16,000 nt of DNA from an uncultured Opitutia bacterium (GTDB taxonomy: Bacteria > Verrucomicrobiota > Verrucomicrobiia > Opitutales > Opitutaceae): assembly GCA_903840415.1 (NCBI GenBank), contig CAIMFY010000095.1, forward strand, positions 3,249-19,248. The letters run 5' to 3'. The notes beneath the pieces were generated by a model that searched no databases, was not told the origin of the DNA, and saw nothing but the letters and a program-made list of their open reading frames with translations. The stretch's first letter is position 1. Each line of letters starts with the position of its first letter. Shown one piece after another: positions 1 through 6,767 of this stretch. The translations under genes and the position numbers were made by a program.

Positions 1-103
1 ACGGCACGATGAGCGGCGCGACTGCGGCGGTGATAGCGGCCGTGCGCACGAAGTCGCGACGGGTGATGAGACCTTGGGGTGAACGTGAGGGGCGCATTTT
101 CAT
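1..103 (-). CDS. 5' end of a CDS that runs off the window start; protein with a Tat-type signal peptide, possibly a Gfo/Idh/MocA-type exported oxidoreductase
   Basis: The reverse complement of 1-103 reads MKMRPSRSPQGLITRRDFVRTAAITAAVAPLIVP. T-R-R-D-F-V fits the twin-arginine S/T-R-R-x-F-L motif and is followed by an Ala-rich h-region. It is missing from the ORF track because it has no stop in the window. The family guess rests only on resemblance to 'RRDF..TAA...P.IVP' N-termini of exported Gfo/Idh/MocA enzymes. Confidence 0.45.
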   Translation of the reverse strand, partial: MKMRPSRSPQGLITRRDFVRTAAITAAVAPLIVP

Positions 104-217
104 GGAGAGGTGGCGGTAACTGCCGGGTGACGATCGGAGTGGGCCTGACACAACCATGCAAACCCAGCGGCCCACCAAAATCAACGACTCACTTGCCGGG
201 CCCGCGGGACTGAGAGG

Positions 218-2392
218 TTGCGCTTTGTATCAAGCCCGGGAGCATTTTCCGCCGTGCGACGACCCTTCGCCTCTTTGATGATTTACTTCGCCGTGATTGC
301 CGTGACGGCGACGGCGCGCGCGACGAATCACGATCAAATCGCCGCGCTCTTCCGGCCCTTCGTCGCCGAGCAGGTAACGCTCGCTCCAGACGGCCGCCAC
401 GTCGCCTACACCGAGCACGTGAAGAACGAGCTCAACGTCATCATCATGAGCCTAGAACCGCCCTATGCGAAACTGCGGCTCCTCGTGGCCGATGACCAAG
501 CCCTCGCCTTCTCGAAAGAAAAGCAACGCGCGCAGCTCCGATTCCTGCGCTGGGCGACGCCGAATCGCCTCGTATTCGCGCCCGCGGAAGAAAGTTTCCG
601 GATCAAGCAGCCGCCCGGTTTTTTCGGGCCAAAATACTTTGCTCCGATTTTAGCCGTGGATGCGGATGGAAAAAATCCGGACACATTGGTCGACGGCTCA
701 GACTACGTGGCGACCGTCTCAGCCGTCCCCACAGACACGGACGACGGAATCCATCAATACACGCGCGCCAGTGAGATTATCGGTTTTCCGGCCGGCGACC
801 GTGATCACCTACTCGTGCGAGCCATCGGTTACGAATTCCCAACCGACCCGCCCACCCTCGTGCCGACTACTGCCTTCAAAGTAAACATTCACACCGGTAA
901 GAAGACCGCGCTTGAGAGTGAATTTTTCATCGGAGCCGTTGGCTATGACCAGCAAGGTAGGTCGCGACTCAGCTATGTTCGCCCTCTGCATTCGCCTGAT
1001 CGTTCGTTCATCCTTCAAGGTGCTACGCCATTGAAATTCGACGCGGCCTGGCTCGGTTCGCTCGCCGGGAACTTCACCATCACGCCGCGCAATTATTTCG
1101 GCGAACGCGCGTTTCCCCTCGGCTTCGATGTCGATCCCGACGTGCTCTACGTCGCCTCCAACATCGGCCGCGACACCTTCGGCGTTTACGCGCTCAACCT
1201 GAAAACCAAGCAGCGCACCGATCTCGCGCTCGAAGAGCCGCACGTCGATCTCGCGCCGCTGGAGCCGGACTATCCGAGCCTGCAATTGGTGTTCGACGAA
1301 TTCCGCGACACCTTCGCGGGTGTGCGCAGCCCCGGACCGAAGCCCGTCGCCAAGTGGCGCGATCCGGAATTGACCGCGGCGCAGCGCGCGCTGGAAAAAA
1401 AATTTCCCGCGCGCACCGTCGAAATTCTCGAATGGAGCGAGGCGCCCACGGCCTTCCTTATGCGCGTGACGGGCGGCACGGAACCGGGCCGCTATTTCGT
1501 CTGGCAGAAAACGGATAATCTCGTGCTCGAAATTCTGCGGCGCGCACCGTGGCTCGCTGCGGCCGATTTGCACGCGACGGAGTTTTTCGAGTTTGTCACG
1601 GCGCAAGGCGTCTACCTGACCGGCTACGTCACCCTGCCGCGCGCGTCGCGGTTGAAACCGCCACCCGCGGTGATTCGTTTCGCCGACGGATTTCCGGGGT
1701 CGGCGCACGCGGAATTCGATCGCGAGGCGCAGGTGCTGGCGGCGATGGGATTTGTCGTGATCCGGCTCAATCACCGCGGCGTCGGCGGTTTCGGGATCAA
1801 ACACCGCGAGGCGATTCTCGCCGGCATCGATCGCGTGCCGGTGGACGATGCAATCGCTGCCGTGGATTGGGTGGCGGCGCGCCATCCGATCGATCGCAAG
1901 CGCGTCGCGACGATGGGGCTGGGCTTCGGCGGCTATCTCGCGGTGCGCGCCGTGCAGTTGCACCCGGAGGCGTTTCGCTGTGCGGTGGCGTTCAACGCGC
2001 CGCTCGATCTCGCTTTCTGGCTGCGGGCCGAAGTCACCACCGACATGGGCACCGAGATTGATTTTTCGCAGGAAGTGAACCGCGCTTTCCTGCAACGCGG
2101 CCCGGCGGATTTGCGCGCTCTTTCGGTGCTCGAAAAGCCCGAGACGCTGACCAATCCGGTCTTCCTGCTCGCCAACGCGGGTGGCACCGACGCCACCGCC
2201 ATCGCGACGATTCGCCTGCGTGATCAAGTCCGGCGGCAGGGCGGCGTAGTGGATTACATCGAGGTCAACGCCGACTTTGCCGCCAACCTGCCCGACGCCC
2301 GCGCCGCCGTTTACGATCGGTTGGAGGAGTTCTTCAACCTGAACCTCTACGACTACAAAGTGAGAATCGGCCCGACCAAGGAGATCAAATGA
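218..2392 (+). CDS. Exported S9 (prolyl oligopeptidase/acylaminoacyl-peptidase) family homolog, N-terminal beta-propeller-like region plus C-terminal alpha/beta-hydrolase fold; catalytic Ser and His apparently missing
   Basis: 724-aa ORF. 'VTLAPDGRHVAYTEH' is typical of S9 propeller blades. 'VIRLNHRGVGGFG...VDDAIAAVDWV...IDRKRVATMGLGFGGYLAV' matches the S9 catalytic-domain layout (xNxRGSxGxG ... GxSxGGY), but the Ser position holds Gly. The TTG at 218 is the longest start. In-frame GTG 254 (MRRPFASLMIYFAVIAVTATARA, a classic signal peptide) or ATG 278 are more likely true starts. Confidence 0.8.
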   Translation: MRFVSSPGAFSAVRRPFASLMIYFAVIAVTATARATNHDQIAALFRPFVAEQVTLAPDGRHVAYTEHVKNELNVIIMSLEPPYAKLRLLVADDQALAFSKEKQRAQLRFLRWATPNRLVFAPAEESFRIKQPPGFFGPKYFAPILAVDADGKNPDTLVDGSDYVATVSAVPTDTDDGIHQYTRASEIIGFPAGDRDHLLVRAIGYEFPTDPPTLVPTTAFKVNIHTGKKTALESEFFIGAVGYDQQGRSRLSYVRPLHSPDRSFILQGATPLKFDAAWLGSLAGNFTITPRNYFGERAFPLGFDVDPDVLYVASNIGRDTFGVYALNLKTKQRTDLALEEPHVDLAPLEPDYPSLQLVFDEFRDTFAGVRSPGPKPVAKWRDPELTAAQRALEKKFPARTVEILEWSEAPTAFLMRVTGGTEPGRYFVWQKTDNLVLEILRRAPWLAAADLHATEFFEFVTAQGVYLTGYVTLPRASRLKPPPAVIRFADGFPGSAHAEFDREAQVLAAMGFVVIRLNHRGVGGFGIKHREAILAGIDRVPVDDAIAAVDWVAARHPIDRKRVATMGLGFGGYLAVRAVQLHPEAFRCAVAFNAPLDLAFWLRAEVTTDMGTEIDFSQEVNRAFLQRGPADLRALSVLEKPETLTNPVFLLANAGGTDATAIATIRLRDQVRRQGGVVDYIEVNADFAANLPDARAAVYDRLEEFFNLNLYDYKVRIGPTKEIK

Positions 2393-4059
2393 GGGGCGCG
2401 GGGATTTTGCTCGGCGTCGGTTTGGTCCTGAGTGGCGCTCGCAGCGCGACCGCGGCCGAACCGCCCGGCCCCATCGTCGAACTGCCGCCGATGATCGTGG
2501 AGGCGACGAGCGGCTCGGTCACGTGGCTGTATGCGAACGTGAAGGGCGACGAATATCTGTCGCGCTGCGCCAAGGGGACCACGCGGGCTTTCATCGAATC
2601 GCACGAGCGACTGCGGCGTGAGTTGCGCGCGATCGTGCCGGATGAATTTCTGGCGAGCCTGCCGACGATCACGCTGCTGTCCGGGCAGGATGTCGCGCCG
2701 AAGGAGAGCGACCAAGTCGCGCGCGAATTGCTGGGGTCGGAAAAAATGACCGCGCCCGGCCGGGGCGCGCCGGTGAAATTTCTGCCGAACCTCCGGCTCG
2801 ACGATCGCGATCTCTCGGCGGTGTTTGCCTATATCGACGAGTCGGCCGCCAAGCAAATCGGGCTCGTCGTTTCCGCCAGCCAGCTCCGACTCCTGCTGGA
2901 ACGGCGCACACCGATGCTGCCGCCGTGGCTCATCGAGGGAATCCTGAGCGTCCGCGCACAGATCGATGTGCGAGCGGAAGCCGTGACGCTGCGGCCGTTC
3001 GTCTGGCTGACGGCGGACGAGAGTCGCGCCATCGCGCGCAACCCGACGCAACCGCGCGCGCTGCTGCCGGCGAATGAAATGTTTGCGCCCGATTCCTTGC
3101 GCGGCGACGGCAATCACCACCCGCGCCGCGTGCAGGCGTTGCAGGCACAGGTCGGGCTCTTCGTCCGCTGGGCGCTCGACCCGCGCAATGAGGTGCGCGA
3201 GGCGTTCTGGGCGTTTGCCCAACGCTCCAGCGAGCAGCGCGTGACGGAGGAGATGTTCGCGAAAAGTTTCGGCTTCGGCTTTTCCGATCTGCGCGATCGA
3301 TTGAACGACTATCTGCCAATCGCGCTCAAGGAACCGCTGCACCTCGAACCCGGTGCACCCTTGAAGTCCGCGCCCAGCGAGATTCGCGAGGCGACGCCCG
3401 CTGAAATCGCGCAGCTGCGCGGGACGTGGGAGCGGCTGGAGATTGGCTACGTGCAACGCTCGCACCCGGAATTCGTCGGCAGCTACACAGTGCAGGCGCG
3501 CCGCACGCTGCGGCGCCCTTACGAGCGGGGCGAACACGATCCGCGACTGCTGGCGGAGCTCGGGCTGTGCGAAATCGACGCCGGCGATCCGGCGGCGGGA
3601 CTGCCGTTGTTGGAGACGGCGATCACCGCCAACGTGGGCCGGCCGCGTGCCTACTATGAGGTGGCACGGCTCCGCTTTACCGAGCTGATGCGCGGACAGG
3701 TGGCGGGCCGGATTTTTTCCGCCGCCGAGCTCGCCCCGGTGGTGGAACCGCTCCGCCGGGCGGCCGACGCGGCACCGCCGCTGCCAGAAGCGTTCGGATT
3801 GCTCGCGGATGCGTGGGTGCGATCGCGCGATGCCATGCCGGCAGAAGACATCCAGACGATCACCAGCGGTGCCAAGTATTTCGCGATGAATCCCGCCGTG
3901 AGCTATCGCCTCGCGCTGGCGCTAGCCTGCGGAGGACGCCGCGTGGAAGCCGCGGAGTTGCTGGCCACGGGCGCTGAGTATGTGGCGGATGAGGCGGCGC
4001 GGACGCGTTACGCGCAGCTGCAGGCGGTGCTGTCGGGTGCGGTGCCGGCGAAGGAGTAG
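2389..4059 (+). CDS. Secreted hypothetical protein with a C-terminal TPR-like helical-repeat region; function unknown
   Basis: 556-aa ORF. Its ATG overlaps the upstream stop (ATGA at 2389-2392). Signal peptide MRGAGILLGVGLVLSGARSATAA. The C-terminal ~170 aa are Ala/Leu/Arg-rich helical pairs ('DPRLLAELGLCEIDAGDPAAGLPLLETAI...RAYYEVARLRF') that look TPR-like. Codon usage matches its neighbours. I recognise no catalytic motif. Confidence 0.75.
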   Translation: MRGAGILLGVGLVLSGARSATAAEPPGPIVELPPMIVEATSGSVTWLYANVKGDEYLSRCAKGTTRAFIESHERLRRELRAIVPDEFLASLPTITLLSGQDVAPKESDQVARELLGSEKMTAPGRGAPVKFLPNLRLDDRDLSAVFAYIDESAAKQIGLVVSASQLRLLLERRTPMLPPWLIEGILSVRAQIDVRAEAVTLRPFVWLTADESRAIARNPTQPRALLPANEMFAPDSLRGDGNHHPRRVQALQAQVGLFVRWALDPRNEVREAFWAFAQRSSEQRVTEEMFAKSFGFGFSDLRDRLNDYLPIALKEPLHLEPGAPLKSAPSEIREATPAEIAQLRGTWERLEIGYVQRSHPEFVGSYTVQARRTLRRPYERGEHDPRLLAELGLCEIDAGDPAAGLPLLETAITANVGRPRAYYEVARLRFTELMRGQVAGRIFSAAELAPVVEPLRRAADAAPPLPEAFGLLADAWVRSRDAMPAEDIQTITSGAKYFAMNPAVSYRLALALACGGRRVEAAELLATGAEYVADEAARTRYAQLQAVLSGAVPAKE

Positions 4060-4218
4060 ACGGCGAAAAAACGTTCTAAGCGGATGGCGGGCGAGCGCGT
4101 TGGCGGCGGGCGCGGCGATAGGCGTCGTGTTCGCGTCGGGTGATTTCTACACTGATCCTTCAGACAAGAATTCAATGAAAACGCTCCGCCTCGCCGCCAC
4201 CTTCAGCCCTGCCCACCT

Positions 4219-4440
4219 ATGAGAGACGATTACCTCGCCGCCGCCCTCAAGATCGTCGATGATCCGAACATTTTGGTGAACGTGGTCTCGCGCCGCGTGA
4301 AGCAGCTCAAGCGCGGCAACCGCCCGCTGGTCGAGTCGCTCGAAAAACTTTTGCCCGAAGACACCGCCCTGCGCGAAATCATCGAAGGCAAGATCAGCTA
4401 CGAACTGGCCACACCAGAAGAGCTGGCGATGCGGCGATAG
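4219..4440 (+). CDS. rpoZ: DNA-directed RNA polymerase subunit omega
   Basis: The 73-aa product MRDDYLAAALKIVDDPNILVNVVSRRVKQLKRGNRPLVE...EDTALREIIEGKISYE follows the RpoZ pattern: N-terminal helix, 'xxRRxxQL' basic helix, and 'ALxEIxEGKI' motif. Confidence 0.85.
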   Translation: MRDDYLAAALKIVDDPNILVNVVSRRVKQLKRGNRPLVESLEKLLPEDTALREIIEGKISYELATPEELAMRR

Positions 4441-4452
4441 GCCAGATCAGTT

Positions 4453-4490
4453 CGGGACGGCTTTCGGAGTATTTGCTCGGAAGCGTCCCG
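4453..4490. terminator. Imperfect stem-loop between convergent rpoZ and rpmI; possible bidirectional terminator
   Basis: CGGGACG(GCTTTCGGAG)...(CTCGGAAG)CGTCCCG. The outer 7 bp are perfect and the inner stem has bulges. It lies 13 nt after the rpoZ stop and 85 nt after the rpmI stop. There is no U-tract on either side, so it is not a canonical intrinsic terminator. Confidence 0.35.
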
Positions 4491-4574
4491 CGAAACCGCC
4501 CGTAGGTTTAACACTGGGTGCCTGCTTCGCACCAGCCGCAGCGTGAAACGCACGGACACTCTCCGAGCGGACGC

Positions 4575-4769
4575 TCAGAGCCCGAACGGAAGGCAGCGTA
4601 ACAGCGCTGGCGTGTGACCGGGCGCGACTTGTTTGTCGCGCGAAGCGCGGCGCTTGGACTTCGTGCTCTTCGCGCTCAGGAGATGGCGGAAGCCCGGCGT
4701 GCGCCGCATGAGCTTGCCGCGGGCGGACAGCTTGAAGCGTTTCGCCACGGATTTTTTCGTTTTCTGCAT
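4575..4769 (-). CDS. rpmI: 50S ribosomal protein L35
   Basis: The 64-aa, very basic product MQKTKKSVAKRFKLSARGKLMRRTPGFRHLLSAKSTKSKRRASRDKQV... matches the L35 signature (KTxKxAAKRFKxTxxGKxxRxxAxxxHxLxxKxxKxKR). Confidence 0.9.
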   Translation of the reverse strand: MQKTKKSVAKRFKLSARGKLMRRTPGFRHLLSAKSTKSKRRASRDKQVAPGHTPALLRCLPFGL

Positions 4770-5030
4770 CGGGAGTCAGATTTTGGAATCGTTGGCGTGC
4801 ACCGTCACCGATGAAAACGCCAGCGGTTCAGAGGGCGCAATCCTCCCAGAGCGGAGCTCGGAGCAAAAATGCGTCTTTCTGGTTTTGGGCGATGGTGTCG
4901 GATGAAAATTTCATGCGTTCGCGTTTAGTTGAGTGCACGATCCTAAAAGCGGCCGGCGGCAAACACGACCTATTACGCGTGCAAAACCCGACGCGACCGT
5001 AAGCCGCACCCCGGTCATACCATTCCGACG

Positions 5031-5050
5031 TTTATCGGAAAATTTATCGG
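5031..5050. repeat. Tandem direct repeat TTTATCGG-N4-TTTATCGG upstream of the DUF1080 gene; possible operator or promoter element
   Basis: TTTATCGG occurs at 5031-5038 and 5043-5050 (12-bp period), 47-66 nt upstream of ATG 5097, in the divergent rpmI/DUF1080 intergenic region. Its function is unknown. Confidence 0.3.
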
Positions 5051-5096
5051 TGTTGCGTTGCCATCGGGAAACGCCGTGCGTCAATCCCCTGACCCC

Positions 5097-5798
5097 ATGA
5101 AAATTCGCCGCTTCCTCGCACTCCTAGCCTTGCTCTCGTCGCTCGTGGCCGCGCGCGCCTCCGACAACGCACTCACCGCCGCGGAAAAATCCGCCGGCTG
5201 GCAACTCCTGTTCGACGGCCAGACCTTCAACGGCTGGCGCGCCTACCGGCAGAAAGGCCCGCCCGCGTTGGGCTGGGAGATCAAGGACGGCATGCTCAAA
5301 ACCGTCCCGAAGGTAAAGGGCGTGGAGATCATCACGGAAAAAACGTTCACAGATTTCGAGTTCAGCTGGGAGTGGCGCCTCGCCGTCGGCGGCAACAATG
5401 GGATCAAATATTTCGTCACCGAGGATCGCCCGAGTGCGCCCGGCCACGAATACCAGATGCTCGACGATGTGCGCCATCCCGACGCCAAGGCCGGTCCGAT
5501 TCGGCAGACGGCCTCGTTCTACTACGTGCTGCCACCCGCCGCCGACAAAGGCTACCGCGAGGCCGGCGAGTGGAATTTTTCGCGCGTCGTCGTGAAGGGC
5601 AACCACGTCGAGCACTGGCTCAACGGCAAACTCGCCCTCGCCTACGAAGCCGGCAGTGCCGAGGTGAAAGCCGGCGTCGCCAAAAGCAAATTTTCTAAAC
5701 TGCCTGGCTTCGGCGACAAACTCACTGGCCCGATCATGTTGACCTACCACCAGGACGAGTGCTGGTATCGCAACATCAAGATTCGCGAGCTAAAGTAA
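5097..5798 (+). CDS. Exported DUF1080 / 3-keto-disaccharide hydrolase-domain protein (PF06439-like)
   Basis: 'GWQLLFDGQTFNGWRAY...WEIKDGMLK...IITEKTFTDFEFSWEWRL..GGNNGIKYFV...GHEYQMLDD.RHPDA...TASFYYVLPP...EWNFSRVVVKGNHVEHWLNGK' follows the DUF1080 jelly-roll consensus. The track start (TTG 5058) is replaced by ATG 5097, which gives signal peptide MKIRRFLALLALLSSLVAARA. Confidence 0.85.
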   Translation: MKIRRFLALLALLSSLVAARASDNALTAAEKSAGWQLLFDGQTFNGWRAYRQKGPPALGWEIKDGMLKTVPKVKGVEIITEKTFTDFEFSWEWRLAVGGNNGIKYFVTEDRPSAPGHEYQMLDDVRHPDAKAGPIRQTASFYYVLPPAADKGYREAGEWNFSRVVVKGNHVEHWLNGKLALAYEAGSAEVKAGVAKSKFSKLPGFGDKLTGPIMLTYHQDECWYRNIKIRELK

Positions 5799-5885
5799 CT
5801 TTGAGGCGGCGGGACCGCGCGCCGGGCGTCTCGCAGCTTGCGACCCGCGCGCGACGGGATCATCGTTCGCTCCTCGCAATCGATC

Positions 5886-6728
5886 ATGGACATTTACGGC
5901 ACCTCTGAAGAACACCGGCCCGTCATGTGGCTGCGCGGCTACCCACTCTACGCCGCGCATTTCCTGGTGTTCGTGTTTACCGGCTCGTTGCTGGCGACCT
6001 CGCTGCTGCTGGCGCTCAACGCCGGGCATCTGCTGGCGTGGCTGACGTTCTCCAGCAGCGAAGTGCTGCGCGGCCAGATCTGGCGCGTTGCCACCTATGG
6101 CCTCGTGAATCCACCGGGGCTGCCATTCGTGATCGATATGCTGATGTTCGTGTGGTTCGGGCGCGAGGTGGAGAAATTTTTCGGCCAGAAAAAATTTCTG
6201 CTGCTCTATGGCGGCATCTATCTGGCAACGCCACTGCTGTTCACCGCCCTCGGGGTGTGGCGTCCGCTCGCGCTCTCCGGAGAGACCGGGGCGTTTGCGC
6301 TCTTCGTGGCGTTTGCGTCGCTCTATCCGAACGCCGTGCTGATGTTTGATATTCTGGCGAAGTGGGCCGCGGCGGTGCTCATCGGCATCTTCACGCTCAT
6401 GGCGCTGGCCTACCACGACTGGACGGGATTGATGTCCCTCTGGATCACTTCCGGCTTCGCTCACCTCTACGTCCGCGGGGAACAAGGCGCTTTCAACCTG
6501 CCGCGGCTGCGCTGGCCTCAACGCCGGCCCAAGCTGCGCGTGCTCCCTGATTTGCCGGCGTCGAAGCTATCAGAATCCTCCTCCCGCGACGGTGGCTCAA
6601 TGTCCGAGATCGACGCCCTGCTCGACAAGATCGCGCGCTCAGGCATCGGCAGCCTTACCGCGAAGGAACGCGCCCGGCTCGAACAAGGTCGCGCCAACCT
6701 GTTGAAAAAAGAATCCGGCCGACGCTGA
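5886..6728 (+). CDS. Divergent rhomboid-fold polytopic membrane protein with a DUF6576-like cytoplasmic C-terminal tail
   Basis: About six hydrophobic spans. 'WRVATYGLVNPPGLPFVIDMLMFVWFGREVEKFFGQKKFLLLY' aligns ungapped by eye to E. coli GlpG '[43 protein letters not shown]'. 'ALSG' and 'FAHLY' sit where GlpG has GLSG and GAHIA. The C-terminal 'SEIDALLDKIARSGIGSLTAKERARLEQ' resembles the tail found on a rhomboid subfamily. ATG 5886 (MDIYGTSEE...) is preferred over the track's TTG 5838. Confidence 0.7.
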   Translation: MDIYGTSEEHRPVMWLRGYPLYAAHFLVFVFTGSLLATSLLLALNAGHLLAWLTFSSSEVLRGQIWRVATYGLVNPPGLPFVIDMLMFVWFGREVEKFFGQKKFLLLYGGIYLATPLLFTALGVWRPLALSGETGAFALFVAFASLYPNAVLMFDILAKWAAAVLIGIFTLMALAYHDWTGLMSLWITSGFAHLYVRGEQGAFNLPRLRWPQRRPKLRVLPDLPASKLSESSSRDGGSMSEIDALLDKIARSGIGSLTAKERARLEQGRANLLKKESGRR

Positions 6729-6767
6729 GGCGCGGGCCGGACGACACTGGCGGGGAGTCGAGGTCGC

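Noticed and set aside
809-2227. 472-aa minus-strand ORF antisense to the S9-homolog gene
   Set aside because: This is a typical high-GC shadow ORF. The product is Arg/Gly/Ala/His-rich and low-complexity with no recognisable motif, while the sense strand has clear family motifs.
2353-3537. 394-aa minus-strand ORF antisense to the secreted helical-repeat protein gene
   Set aside because: Its composition is Arg/Gln/Ala-rich and junk-like. It is fully nested opposite a plus-strand ORF that is translationally coupled to its neighbour and carries a signal peptide.
4441-4574. TPP-riboswitch-like fragment on the minus strand (GAACUGAUCUGG, compare the consensus GAACCUGAUCUGGAUAAUGCCAGCG)
   Set aside because: Only a ~12-nt partial match. 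There is no CUGAGA element and no pairing partner helices. It lies downstream of rpmI and would read antisense into rpoZ, not upstream of any thiamine gene.
6223-6237. Sigma-54-like element TGGCAA-N5-CTGC
   Set aside because: It lies inside the rhomboid-like CDS, deviates from TGGCAC-N5-TTGC at key positions, and has no downstream gene start.
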